From a virus (lineage: Duplodnaviria > Heunggongvirae > Uroviricota > Caudoviricetes), in the IMG/VR virus record IMGVR_UViG_2563366799_000009: a stretch of DNA of 46,457 bases. One strand, written 5' to 3'. Position numbers and translations under genes: made by a program. The notes under the pieces are model-generated. The model did no database searches. It saw nothing but the letters and a program-made list of their open reading frames with translations, and was not told where the DNA came from. Below are positions 37,725-46,457 of this stretch, one piece after another. Each line of letters begins with the position of its first letter. Positions within the stretch are counted from its first letter, which is position 1.

Positions 37725-38357
37725 TTACTTCTCCATACAAGATTTGTCTGCCACGACGCCCGGAGCTGCACACTCGCGGGCGTCACCTTTTTCCGGCGCA
37801 CAAAACACACGGAAAAGCAGCGTCAAATGTTCCTGCCACTTAGCCATCACCTGATAGCTGTTCTCTTCGATCTGGGCGCGTTCCTGAGCATCAATAACGC
37901 CGTCAGCGGTAGCTTTACGAACGTATTGCGAATGCCTGCCGATCCACTCAACTGACTCCATGAGACGCTGGTTGATATCGCCGTTCTCAATATCTTCAAC
38001 ATCAGCCAATGGCACAAACACACCGTTCGAGTGACGTGCAATAGCATTCGCTATGTGGTTTGAACCACCAGCACGCTGAAGCACCATCGCCCAACCGAGC
38101 GGGAAGATCTGATCACCATCGGTACGCAGCCGGTTAAACAGCGCGTTCTCGGTCACACCCAACCACTCAGCAGCTTCGGAATACCCGCCAGGAAGCTCGG
38201 TGATCGTTTTTTTGATTGCGGCCACCAGCCAGGCTGGCTGCTTATCTACTTTCCATTCAGGTTCTATACCCACGGCTAGGTCCTCCCTTCTGTGGTTATT
38301 TCTGATCGTTAGGCGCTGTATTCTTGCCATAACGTTCTGGGTTGAATTCCAGTTCAC
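37725..38357 (-). CDS. CII-like / YdaT-like early regulatory protein
   Basis: 210 aa; position directly after the cro-like gene; weak family recollection only. Confidence 0.4.
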   Translation of the reverse strand: MNWNSTQNVMARIQRLTIRNNHRREDLAVGIEPEWKVDKQPAWLVAAIKKTITELPGGYSEAAEWLGVTENALFNRLRTDGDQIFPLGWAMVLQRAGGSNHIANAIARHSNGVFVPLADVEDIENGDINQRLMESVEWIGRHSQYVRKATADGVIDAQERAQIEENSYQVMAKWQEHLTLLFRVFCAPEKGDARECAAPGVVADKSCMEK

Positions 38358-38511
38358 CAGCAGTTCGATACGCAGCTTCAGCAGCTCGTCCTTTAGGGAT
38401 TAAGCGTCCGGGGCGATTACGCCACTGGTAAACGGCCTCACTGGTGATGCCAAAAAATTCGGCAACTTTCTCAGTGCTGCCGAAATGTTGTTCAATCTCG
38501 TCGGTTGTCAT
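38296..38511 (-). CDS. cro: Cro-like HTH regulator (YdaS/Cro family)
   Basis: 71 aa; FGITSEAVYQWRNRPGRLIP pattern; divergent from cI. Confidence 0.65.
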   Translation of the reverse strand: MTTDEIEQHFGSTEKVAEFFGITSEAVYQWRNRPGRLIPKGRAAEAAYRTAGELEFNPERYGKNTAPNDQK

Positions 38512-38610
38512 GAAGCCTCCTTAGCTAAGTTTGGTTAGATATTAATAACCAATCTAACTTTGGTCAATAAAAACTAAGATTACTTAGTCTTTTTTAAATT
38601 TGGTGCTTTC
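38512..38610. promoter_or_regulatory. OR-like operator/promoter region between cro and cI with CTAAG-type sites; cI has no Shine-Dalgarno
   Basis: CTAAGTTTGGTTAG (38525-38538), CTAACTTTGGTCA (38554-38566), ACTAAG-ATTA-CTTAGT (38573-38588). Confidence 0.6.
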
Positions 38611-39237
38611 ATGGAAACGGTTGGTCAGCGCATTAAAGCCCTACGCAGGGTTACAAAAACCTCTCAAAAAGAACTGGGTAAGTTCTGCGGAGTGAGTGAC
38701 GTAGCAGTGGGTTATTGGGAAAAGGATGTGAATATCCCAAACGGAGAATCGCTGGTTAAGCTGGCTAAATTCTTCAATACATCAATAGATTACATTCTTT
38801 ACGGCACTGAATTTGAAGGGACCCTCATAACTAAAATGAGGCGTGTGCCCGTGATTTCTTGGGTTCAAGCTGGGCAGTTTACGGAATGTAAGGCCGCTGA
38901 TTTATTCAGTGATGTCGATAAATGGGTTGAAACCTCACTACGCATTGGGGATAGCTCGTTCGCTTTAGAGGTCAAAGGGGATTCAATGACCAATCCAAAT
39001 GGCCTCCCAACAATTCCTGAAGGGGCAACCGTTATTGTCGATCCAGATGCCGAACCCCTTCATGGCAAGATTGTTGTTGCGCGTATTGATGGCACTAACG
39101 AAGCGACTGTTAAAAAACTGGTCATTGATGGCCCACAAAAATTTTTAGTCCCACTAAATCCTCGCTACCCCAACATCCCGATCAATGGTAACTGCCTCAT
39201 TATTGGAGTAGTTAAAGGCGTTCAGTACGAACTCTAA
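38611..39237 (+). CDS. cI: CI-type repressor (HTH plus S24 LexA-like autopeptidase domain)
   Basis: 208 aa; N-terminal HTH; C-terminal GDSM and …VKKL… Ser/Lys dyad region. Confidence 0.8.
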   Translation: METVGQRIKALRRVTKTSQKELGKFCGVSDVAVGYWEKDVNIPNGESLVKLAKFFNTSIDYILYGTEFEGTLITKMRRVPVISWVQAGQFTECKAADLFSDVDKWVETSLRIGDSSFALEVKGDSMTNPNGLPTIPEGATVIVDPDAEPLHGKIVVARIDGTNEATVKKLVIDGPQKFLVPLNPRYPNIPINGNCLIIGVVKGVQYEL

Positions 39238-39261
39238 TCCCCTTCCGCTCTTCCTCTAAGC

Positions 39262-39320
39262 ATCAAGCTAAGTTTAGTTTGATGTTTTCGCTTGACCAAT
39301 AAACTAAGTTAAGTTAGATT
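39262..39320 (+). promoter_or_regulatory. OL/PL-like operator-promoter: CTAAGTTTAGTTTGA and ACTAAGTTAAGTTAG sites overlapping TTGACC-17-TAGATT
   Basis: Same CTAAG half-sites as OR; -35/-10 spacing read by eye. Confidence 0.5.
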
Positions 39321-39449
39321 TTTTTCTGTCGACACCAAACCACCGCGCCTGATGTGGTTAAAAGCAGGCCAAAGCAATATGAAGTGATCCCTGTTCTGGC
39401 TGTTCACTTTCCCCTGAGGGTGACAGCCAGCTTTTTAAGGGCACAACGT

Positions 39450-39514
39450 GAAAGCGCACTCCATCAACTATCGGTTGTGGATGACAGGTAAGTAAACAGG
39501 CGGAGTGCGCTTCC
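39450..39514 (+). promoter_or_regulatory. Structured element A: 11-12-bp stem (GAAAGCGCACTCC / GGAGTGCGCTTCC) with 39-nt loop
   Basis: Inverted repeat read directly; copy of element B. Confidence 0.4.
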
Positions 39515-39734
39515 AGTTGTGATGAATTGCAGCCCTTTGAGGCAACCAGAAGATAAGCACCTGGCGTCACAGCACTATTGAACATGGCGAAAGCCGAAAG
39601 ACTTGAAGGCGGTTTTCTCAGGTTGCGCGCTAAAGAATAGCGGGGAGAACCTGGGGCGGAGAGCAAACCCCGCGATGCAGGACTTGAAATACCTCACAGA
39701 CCAATAAGCCGTCTGGCAGCGTAACTGCCCTTTA

Positions 39735-39776
39735 CATCAGCCCCGGCGAGGTGGCGCCGACGGACCGGGGCTGATG
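39735..39776 (+). promoter_or_regulatory. Perfect 12-bp inverted repeat CATCAGCCCCGG-N18-CCGGGGCTGATG
   Basis: Read directly; no U-run on either strand. Confidence 0.4.
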
Positions 39777-39792
39777 AATCGCAACACAACAT

Positions 39793-39853
39793 GAAAGCGC
39801 ATTCCTCTTTTCACTGATGGGGATCGGTTTGTTACCTGGCGGAGTGCGCTTCC
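39793..39853 (+). promoter_or_regulatory. Structured element B: same stem as A with one C-to-T change (G-U wobble on the + transcript), 35-nt loop
   Basis: Flanking CACAAC(R)TG and AGTTGTG also conserved with element A. Confidence 0.4.
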
Positions 39854-40202
39854 AGTTGTGGTAATGCGGCTCTGCGCACGTGACGAGGCCAATAAGTTTA
39901 TTTCAACTTTGAAATGAATACGTTTCTTAAGGTGTAGCGTCGTCGGTTCTGGCCGGTCCGGCAGGTGGAGGCACCACCGCCACAACAACATCATTGCTGT
40001 GTGTAGTCTTTGCCCATCACATCGGTGGGCACCTTTTTTACACAAGAGACAAGGGCATCACCGGGCGACGGGCTCATTCCCCAATCCACCCGGGCGCTAT
40101 GGAAATGGACCTCCTACCCATAGCCGAAGCGCAGGTGCCCTTTTCTGTTGTGTATGGAGAAGTTCCACTGGCGGTGGCAGCCGCCTCACAGAGGGTTAAA
40201 CC

Positions 40203-40574
40203 ATGAGTAATGACCGCATGACCGTAGTGCCCGATTTCCTGGGCGAACTGGATGCCGGCGTGTTCATGAACAAGATCGCGGCAGCTTTAAACACTACCGC
40301 GCTTGGCGTTCTGAACAACGGTACCAAAGGCAAAGTAGTCCTCACCTTTGATATTGAGCGTATGGGTAACTCCGTCGAAGAGAAGCGCGTCAAGATCAAG
40401 CACAAGCTGAACTACGTCACCCCCACCCCGCGCGGTAAAGCCTCCGAAGAAGACACCACCGAAACACCAATGTGGGTTAACAAAGGCGGCAAGCTGACCA
40501 TACTGCAGGAAGATCAGGGGCAGCTGTTCGGGATCAACGGCGGCGTTGACGGAAAGCTTAAAGCGGCACAGTGA
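40203..40574 (+). CDS. Hypothetical early protein (possibly YfdP-like)
   Basis: 123 aa, first gene of the early-left operon; no N-like Arg-rich motif. Confidence 0.4.
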   Translation: MSNDRMTVVPDFLGELDAGVFMNKIAAALNTTALGVLNNGTKGKVVLTFDIERMGNSVEEKRVKIKHKLNYVTPTPRGKASEEDTTETPMWVNKGGKLTILQEDQGQLFGINGGVDGKLKAAQ

Positions 40575-40627
40575 TCCGCAGCAGACAAATCACTGACACC
40601 CATTTGATCACATATTAAGGAAATTTT

Positions 40628-41458
40628 ATGTCCCAGATTTTAGACGGCAACGCCCTGCAGCAGGTGAAAGACCTGGTTCTTTCCGGTTACCACCTGGATG
40701 CAGCAAAAGTTACGGCATGCCCGACTGCCCTGCTTCCTGAAGGGGTTCACGTAGAAAGCCTCGAGCGTTTCGAGTTTGAGCGTTTTCGTTTCCGCGGTGC
40801 CATGACTACAACCAGCATTCCTGACTTTGTGCGTTACGCAGCAGGCTACGCCAACGAAGCTGAACCAGCGCGATGCTTTATCGATGCTGACAACATGACC
40901 GCACGCTCCGTGTTCAATATCGGTACTCTGGCTAACCCTGGCCATGCTGATAACGTCGCATCTATCACCCTCAAAAAGACAGCGCCATTCCGAGCCCTAC
41001 TTCAGGTAAATGGCGATCGACTGGGCCAGAAGGAAATTGCTGAATGGCTGGAGGACTGGGCCGACTTCCTGAGCGCATTTGATGCCGACGGGAATGTGTT
41101 GTCCATCGCGCAGGCAGCTGGTGCCGTTCGTCGCGTCAATATCAAACAAGTCTCGGAAGCAGCTCATGAAGACGAAGATTTTGGCGGCAGAAAGTCCCTG
41201 ATGCAGAGCGTTGAAGCCAGCAGTAAAGACGTGATGCCTGTCGCCTTCGAGTTCAAATGCGTGCCATATGAAGGCCTGGGCGAACGCCGCTTTAGCCTGC
41301 GTAACAGCCTGCTAAAAAGCGGGGAACCGGTGTTTGTACTCCGCATCGTTCAACTGGAAGCCCAGGAAGAAGCTATCGCCAACGAGTTCCGTGACCTGCT
41401 GATCGAGAAGTTCACCGACAAGCCGGTTGAAACCTTTATCGGTAACTTTAAAGCGTAA
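40628..41458 (+). CDS. DUF2303 / YfdQ-family protein
   Basis: 276 aa; size and neighbourhood (followed by a YfdR-like gene). Confidence 0.5.
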   Translation: MSQILDGNALQQVKDLVLSGYHLDAAKVTACPTALLPEGVHVESLERFEFERFRFRGAMTTTSIPDFVRYAAGYANEAEPARCFIDADNMTARSVFNIGTLANPGHADNVASITLKKTAPFRALLQVNGDRLGQKEIAEWLEDWADFLSAFDADGNVLSIAQAAGAVRRVNIKQVSEAAHEDEDFGGRKSLMQSVEASSKDVMPVAFEFKCVPYEGLGERRFSLRNSLLKSGEPVFVLRIVQLEAQEEAIANEFRDLLIEKFTDKPVETFIGNFKA

Positions 41459-41593
41459 TTTCTCTGCATTAAATCCCCGGCGCCGCGGGGATTTATTGAA
41501 GCGTAATTCCCTTTATTAATCGCCAATGGCGAGGGATTCGTACAACCAAAAACTGGCGCAGGTGCAGCTGCCAAATATGGAGAAGAAAATACG

Positions 41594-42133
41594 ATGAGTT
41601 ATATCCAGACACTTTCAGGTAAGAAATTCGATTACCTCAATTCAACCACTGACGACGTAGAGATCGAGGATATTGCGACCGCACTTTCCCACATCTGCCG
41701 CTTCAGCGGTCATCTGCCGGAATTTTACAGCGTGGCCCAGCACTCGGTACTGTGCAGCCAAATTGTGCCGCCAGAGTTTGCCTTTGAAGCCCTGATGCAT
41801 GACGCAGCTGAAGCCTATTGCCAGGACATCCCTGCCCCCCTGAAAGCATTGCTTCCAGATTACCGTCGCATTGAAGAGCGGGTAGAACAGCTGATCCGGG
41901 CCAAATTCAGCATCACCCCTGATATGTCAGCGGTAGTGAAATACGCCGATCTGGTGATGCTTGCCACGGAACGCCGCGATCTGGATATCGACGACGGCTC
42001 ACTCTGGCCTTGCCTCGAAGGTATTCCGGCCAGCGACATTATCCAGATTGTTCCTCTTCGCCCAGGCCAGGCATATGGCTTGTTCATTAACCGTTTCAAT
42101 GAGCTTACGGAATCACGCGCATGCCTCGCATGA
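41594..42133 (+). CDS. HD-domain phosphohydrolase (YfdR-like 5'-deoxynucleotidase)
   Basis: 179 aa; H…HD…D pattern (SHICRF, ALMHDAAEAYCQD, ATERRDL). Confidence 0.65.
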   Translation: MSYIQTLSGKKFDYLNSTTDDVEIEDIATALSHICRFSGHLPEFYSVAQHSVLCSQIVPPEFAFEALMHDAAEAYCQDIPAPLKALLPDYRRIEERVEQLIRAKFSITPDMSAVVKYADLVMLATERRDLDIDDGSLWPCLEGIPASDIIQIVPLRPGQAYGLFINRFNELTESRACLA

Positions 42134-42318
42134 AGATAAAAGAACTGGTAGCCGCAGCCCATGCTGCGGCGGGGAAACTGCCACCAGCAGAAGCCTCTCT
42201 GATGCGTGAGGTAGCCACTCGCCTGGACGTTACATTTGCCGCCTTGACGGAATCGATGGACCAGCGAATGAGCCTTGACGCCGAAATTAACCATCTTCGT
42301 CAGGAGTCCGTCCAATGA
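42121..42318 (+). CDS. Hypothetical protein
   Basis: 65 aa, overlaps neighbours on both sides. Confidence 0.35.
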   Translation: MPRMKIKELVAAAHAAAGKLPPAEASLMREVATRLDVTFAALTESMDQRMSLDAEINHLRQESVQ

Positions 42319-42818
42319 CCACCAACAAATACGCGACTCTGCGCGGCACAATCGCCAGAGCTAAACGCAACGACTGCCAGAAGGTAGTGATGCGTGTGAC
42401 GTTAGTTGAAGAACTCCTCCTTCAACTGTCAAACGCTGAGAAGCAGGTAAATGCGCTAGCTGCGGAAGTTCAGGCGGTGCGATGGGCTGCCGGGCAGGTT
42501 TATTCAGCTGGGTATAATCATGGGCACCTTAATACTGCTGATGAACTCCCCTATGCATCTGATGAAGAACTTCTTCAGAGAGGAAATGAAGTCCTTATCG
42601 AGTTCACCGACCCAGACCATTCAGGCAATGTGACCGACGCTGTACTGGATGAAGTGCGTGCCCACGCTATCAAATCTGCCCTCAACGATTGCTCGGAGTG
42701 CCTCGATAGGGACTGCATCATGGATTCGAACGGCATCAGTTATGAAGATGCAGCACTCCGTGAAGCGGGTGCTATGGCATTGCATGATGCGTTACTTCGC
42801 CAGGAGCGTGCCGTATGA
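42315..42818 (+). CDS. Hypothetical protein
   Basis: 167 aa, translationally coupled to neighbours. Confidence 0.45.
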   Translation: MTTNKYATLRGTIARAKRNDCQKVVMRVTLVEELLLQLSNAEKQVNALAAEVQAVRWAAGQVYSAGYNHGHLNTADELPYASDEELLQRGNEVLIEFTDPDHSGNVTDAVLDEVRAHAIKSALNDCSECLDRDCIMDSNGISYEDAALREAGAMALHDALLRQERAV

Positions 42819-43036
42819 GTTCAGACATCATCGATCAGGCAAACGAGCTGGTAGAGCACCGCCTGCAGCTGGCCATACAAAAACACCGTATTGATCAGAA
42901 TGCAGTCTCTGCAGAGCACTGTTCAGAATGCGAAGAGGACATTCCTGAGGCGCGCCGGGTTGCAATGCCTGGCTGCAAAACATGCGCCAGTTGCCAGGAA
43001 GTTTTAGAGCTCATGATAAAGCAGCGTAAGGGGTAA
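42815..43036 (+). CDS. TraR/DksA-family C4 zinc-finger protein
   Basis: 73 aa; CSEC…(N17)…CKTCASC four-Cys pattern. Confidence 0.6.
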   Translation: MSSDIIDQANELVEHRLQLAIQKHRIDQNAVSAEHCSECEEDIPEARRVAMPGCKTCASCQEVLELMIKQRKG

Positions 43037-43042
43037 TCGACA

Positions 43043-43255
43043 ATGGCAATAAACCAGAAAATTAAAACCCATACCGGAACCATCATCACCAAAGATGGCG
43101 AGAAAACCGTGCAGTTGCGCGAGACTCCAACGACCTGGTGTGTTGGTCGCACTGAAACTTACCGGAAAGAAGATGGCCGCCGTAGCGGCGCACCGCTGAC
43201 ATCACGCCGTCTGATTCTGAGCAGCATAAAGCCGATCGAAGGTGGTGCAGCATGA
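43043..43255 (+). CDS. Hypothetical protein
   Basis: 70 aa. Confidence 0.4.
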   Translation: MAINQKIKTHTGTIITKDGEKTVQLRETPTTWCVGRTETYRKEDGRRSGAPLTSRRLILSSIKPIEGGAA

Positions 43256-43608
43256 GCAAATCATTAAATGCACGCTGTATCCGCCGCTGGGAAGTTGAGT
43301 TCAAAGGCCTTTGTGATTCGAAGGTGAGTCCGTGGTGGAATAAGCGCGATCTCCGCGGCTATATCCGTGAATGCGCCCTGACAACTGCTGAATGCATGGT
43401 AGAGAGCCTGGCCTATAACAACGCAATGCATGATTTTTTTGCTGAAAACGGCGATGACCGTGGCTGGTCTCCAGAATTCACAGTTTGGTACGACAGCAGC
43501 CGTCATGAGCAGTACAGGAAAGAAGCACTGAGCTACCTCAATGAAGAGGCCAGCAACGACGAAATAGACGAAGAGATTCAGAACGAGCTGGAGGCCTGGA
43601 ATGACTAA
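43252..43608 (+). CDS. Hypothetical protein
   Basis: 118 aa, acidic C-terminus. Confidence 0.45.
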   Translation: MSKSLNARCIRRWEVEFKGLCDSKVSPWWNKRDLRGYIRECALTTAECMVESLAYNNAMHDFFAENGDDRGWSPEFTVWYDSSRHEQYRKEALSYLNEEASNDEIDEEIQNELEAWND

Positions 43609-44239
43609 CTGCCCATCAACACCTAAACCTTTTCGCGCTGACGGCGGCGATATAAGCACTGGCCGCCTCAAAGAAATAGCGGACAATCCATACGGTGACG
43701 AAGAGAAATGCTGGCTGGCTAAGCGTGTGCTGGCGTCACTTGACCTGGAGCCTGTGGCGTGGACTGATACGGATGAATTGCGTGATGTAAAAAATGGAGG
43801 CAACGGCTATCTGTTTGCTATAGGTGGTGAGGCCAATAAATTTGCTGATCCGCGCCGCCAAGTGATGCTTTACACCACCCCGCCAGCTCCGACAGTGCCG
43901 AATGAATGCCCGGCAGAAATTCGCGAGCTGATGGCGTCGTATTCTGATGCCCTCTTCGACGATGAAGACGCGCAGGTGATATGGAACGCCTGCCGCGCCG
44001 CATTGCTTAAAGGTACCTATGGCAACTCCCCTGCTGTTCCGGATGGGTGGGTGATGGTGCCGGTTGAGCCGACAGAAGACATGATCGTCAATGGTTTTGA
44101 ATCAGAGCCAAATGAGAGCTTTAGCGATGAGAAGGAATGGGAAGCATACGAAGCCATGAGTGGATGCCAGCAAGCGGCGCACCGGGCAAAACTATGCTGG
44201 TCGGCAATGCTCACAGCAGCCCCCAAGCCGGAGGCCTGA
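43601..44239 (+). CDS. Hypothetical protein
   Basis: 212 aa. Confidence 0.45.
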   Translation: MTNCPSTPKPFRADGGDISTGRLKEIADNPYGDEEKCWLAKRVLASLDLEPVAWTDTDELRDVKNGGNGYLFAIGGEANKFADPRRQVMLYTTPPAPTVPNECPAEIRELMASYSDALFDDEDAQVIWNACRAALLKGTYGNSPAVPDGWVMVPVEPTEDMIVNGFESEPNESFSDEKEWEAYEAMSGCQQAAHRAKLCWSAMLTAAPKPEA

Positions 44240-44460
44240 TGCCCAGCAAACTCAAACAGCGGCGCCTGCGCCGCCTTAAGGCCGACCTGGCCTGGTGGCG
44301 AGAAGAGGCAGAGGATTGCCGCTCCCGCCTGCTGGAGCTGGCAGGGGAAATCGATAGAGTACGAGCCCAAATAGTCAGAGTACCAATGCCGGTGGTTGTC
44401 CCCTCGGCTTTAATCGCAGAATTAGCAATGGAGAAAGCAGTTGAACGACTTAATGATTGA
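44240..44460 (+). CDS. Hypothetical protein (73 aa)
   Basis: ATG overlaps the upstream stop; GGAGG RBS; Arg-rich coiled-coil-like. Confidence 0.4.
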
Positions 44461-45013
44461 CCTCGAATCAATGGGGAAAAAGCCAAACGCGCCGATCGTC
44501 TCAATTGGTGCCGTCTTTTTTAACCCTCAAACAGGTGAACTTGGCCAAGAGTTCTACACGGCCGTCTCGCTTGAAAGCGCAATGGCTCAAGGCGCGGTAC
44601 CGGATGGAGATACAATTCTTTGGTGGCTAAAACAAAGCCCGGAAGCACGCTCAGCTATTTGTGTTGATGACGCGATGCCTATCACTGATGCACTGTCGGA
44701 ACTCAGCCATTTCATCCACCGTCATGCATATAATCTCAAATACATGAAGGTCTGGGGTAACGGGGCCACCTTTGACAATGTGATTCTGCGCGGAGCTTAC
44801 GAACGCGCCGGACGCATTTGCCCGTGGGAATTTTGGAACGATCACGATGTACGCACGATTGTTACCCTCGGTCGCAGTGTTGGTTTCGATCCGAAGCGAG
44901 ACATGCCTTTCATTGGCGATGTCCATAATGCCTTGGCTGATGCGCGCCATCAGGCAAAATATGTGTCAGCAATTTGGCAGAAAATTATCCCTGCCACCAG
45001 CACCAACGTGTAA
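44453..45013 (+). CDS. DnaQ-like (DEDDh) 3'-5' exonuclease
   Basis: IDLESMG…SIGAV (Exo I-like) and HNALADA (Exo III-like) motifs. Confidence 0.55.
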   Translation: MIDLESMGKKPNAPIVSIGAVFFNPQTGELGQEFYTAVSLESAMAQGAVPDGDTILWWLKQSPEARSAICVDDAMPITDALSELSHFIHRHAYNLKYMKVWGNGATFDNVILRGAYERAGRICPWEFWNDHDVRTIVTLGRSVGFDPKRDMPFIGDVHNALADARHQAKYVSAIWQKIIPATSTNV

Positions 45014-45057
45014 ACCACACAGCCCGGGTGCAGCCGGGCTTTATGGAGAAGGAAACC

Positions 45058-45267
45058 ATGGCAAAGCTAATGAAAGCGAGTCTCTGGAGTAAACGCGAAT
45101 TTACCAAAGACTCCATTCCTGACAACCGTACAATTAAACGTTGGGTCGAAAACGGATTACTCATGGGAAGGATCGTAGACGGTTCAGTATTTGTCTATGA
45201 AACCGAAAAATGGGGAGTCGACTCAATTGTTAATCAGGCGGTACGTCAGTTAATAATTGAGGGTTGA
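45058..45267 (+). CDS. xis: Excisionase
   Basis: 69 aa from MAKLMKASLW; immediately upstream of and overlapping int. Confidence 0.55.
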   Translation: MAKLMKASLWSKREFTKDSIPDNRTIKRWVENGLLMGRIVDGSVFVYETEKWGVDSIVNQAVRQLIIEG

Positions 45268-46457
45268 CCATGGCAGCAAGGCCACGAAAAAAAGAATACC
45301 GCCACCTTCCTGATTATCTTTTTTTTGATAAAGATCGTGGCGTGTATAAGTTCACGCTTATAACTGGGAAAAAGAAAACTCTCGGTTCGGATCGAGTAAT
45401 GGCTATCGCCATCGCCCGAGAATATAACCTGAGGATGCGCCCTGAAAATACACCATCGATAGATTCATTAATTCGGGAGTCGGGAGGGCAGAATGGTGAA
45501 GCCCACCCGTTTTCTGAACATGTTGATCGCATTATGGAGAGAGCGATCAAAGATGAGCAGCCGTCTAAAAGCACACTTGACGATTGGAATAATGATGCCA
45601 TCAGGGTTAAAGAATTTTTTAATAACATACCCGCATGCGACATTGAGCTTGAGCACGTAAATGCCTACATACGAAATTACCATTCTGAATCGTCGGCCAA
45701 TGTTCAGAACCGAAAAGTTAGCTTCCTGAAAAAGCTATTCTCTTATGCTGTGGATGAATCGCTGATGATGGATAACCCTGCAACACGGAAAAAAATGCGG
45801 CGCGTCGATAAAAAGGTCCGCCGGCGACTTACTTTGGAACAGTTCCTGGCCATACATGCAGCTGCTGAACCTTGGCTGAAGACTGCAATGGACCTTGCAA
45901 TACAAACTACGCAAGCGCGCTTGGAAGTTTCCCGGATCCGGTACTCGATCAAGGAACCTAAAGAAGGGGTTTGCGGATGTGTATGGTTCGATCAGGAAGA
46001 GGCTGGCATATTCGGAACGCTTTACATTCATCGGCAAAAAGTGCAGCACAAAGAGGCCTCACACGTTGCCATTCCGATCGGCAGGACCCTGAAAGAGATC
46101 ATCGACAACAGCAGAGACAATGTGGCCAGTCCCTATGTTGTTCACCGGCTTCTGGAAAAGAGAAGCAATCCTATAAGCAAGGAAGTTAACCACCCTACAC
46201 AGGTGGCCCCTGATTATTTGAGCAGGGCATTTTCAGAGCTGCGGGACCGGATAGGTGTAGCGGCAGAATTACCTATCAAAGAAAGGCCAACTTTCCACGA
46301 GATTAGAGCGCTGGCGGCTCATATTTTCGAAAGACAAGGTATCGATCCGCAGGCAAGGATGGCCCATAGTGATGCAAAATCGACAAAAATTTATACCCAG
46401 AACCATGTTGAATGGGTAGAAGTTCCTCATGCTGAAATTGTCTTTAAAGCCGGGTGA
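45264..46457 (+). CDS. int: Tyrosine integrase (lambda-family site-specific recombinase)
   Basis: 397 aa; C-terminal …HEIRALAAHIFERQG…AHSDAKSTKIYTQ catalytic region; stop is the last codon of the window. Confidence 0.85.
   Translation: MTMAARPRKKEYRHLPDYLFFDKDRGVYKFTLITGKKKTLGSDRVMAIAIAREYNLRMRPENTPSIDSLIRESGGQNGEAHPFSEHVDRIMERAIKDEQPSKSTLDDWNNDAIRVKEFFNNIPACDIELEHVNAYIRNYHSESSANVQNRKVSFLKKLFSYAVDESLMMDNPATRKKMRRVDKKVRRRLTLEQFLAIHAAAEPWLKTAMDLAIQTTQARLEVSRIRYSIKEPKEGVCGCVWFDQEEAGIFGTLYIHRQKVQHKEASHVAIPIGRTLKEIIDNSRDNVASPYVVHRLLEKRSNPISKEVNHPTQVAPDYLSRAFSELRDRIGVAAELPIKERPTFHEIRALAAHIFERQGIDPQARMAHSDAKSTKIYTQNHVEWVEVPHAEIVFKAG

Larger units (their letters stand above)
1866..46457. mobile_element. 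Serotype-converting temperate prophage with lambda-like head and Mu-like contractile tail; gtrABC at left end, xis-int at right end
   Basis: Complete structural, lysis, regulatory, replication and integration modules in conserved order; left boundary approximate, attR lies beyond the window. Confidence 0.75.

Noticed and set aside
37393-37773. 126-aa minus-strand ORF across the 37553..37724 intergenic region
   Set aside because: Cys/Arg-rich with no start context; the segment contains palindromes (CCCGGTACCGGG, AACGG-N7-CCGTT) and is more likely regulatory; the hairpins have no U-run so no terminator was called
39735-39776. 12-bp perfect inverted repeat as an intrinsic terminator
   Set aside because: No U-run follows on either strand; kept as a structural or protein-binding element only
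39358-40045. Minus-strand ORFs 39358..39666 and 39737..40045 and + strand ORFs 39994..40206 in the PL leader
   Set aside because: No RBS, no recognisable fold, and they run through the duplicated hairpin elements; treated as non-coding
44137-44460. 107-aa form of ORF 44137..44460
   Set aside because: The upstream 34 codons overlap the preceding gene out of frame; the ATG at 44240 with a GGAGG RBS is the more plausible start

Overview
The window is almost entirely one temperate-phage genome in prophage orientation (about 1.9 kb to 46.46 kb). The most interesting element is an AT-rich two-gene cargo operon (Hanks-type Ser/Thr kinase plus PP2C phosphatase, own terminator) inserted between the lysis cassette and the packaging genes. 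Layout left to right: gtrABC O-antigen glucosylation operon (+ strand); then on the minus strand a Mu-like contractile-tail module (tail fibre and assembly protein, baseplate proteins, DNA-circulation-like protein, tape measure, chaperone with a -1 frameshift site, tube, sheath), a lambda-like head and packaging module (capsid E-like, decoration D-like, scaffold, S49 prohead protease, portal, gpW, large and small terminase) and a GGGACAT-repeat cos/pac-like region; then a hypothetical basic protein, the kinase/phosphatase operon, a lysis cassette (dual-start holin, SAR endolysin, spanin-like protein), a DPPY methyltransferase, a Q-like late regulator, DUF968, Rha/KilAC antirepressor, RusA, a C5-cytosine methyltransferase with four repeated TxTAGG modules, a phage Dam-like N6A methyltransferase, and a replication initiator with internal iterons; then the immunity switch (CII-like, Cro/YdaS-like, divergent cI with CTAAG-type operators), an ~860-bp non-coding leader with duplicated long hairpins and no N-like gene, early-left genes (YfdQ/YfdR-like, TraR-type zinc finger, DnaQ-like exonuclease), xis and int at the right edge. 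The left flank (1 to 1.9 kb) carries a divergent natively truncated UmuD'-like gene and DinI-like gene around one LexA box, plus an integrase remnant. No rRNA, tRNA or CRISPR array was found. All protein calls rest on motifs and remembered family resemblance read from the supplied translations; no database search was run. ORF coordinates follow the supplied track, with starts moved to an internal ATG where the track start was GTG/TTG; non-ORF coordinates were counted by eye and may be off by 1-2 nt.
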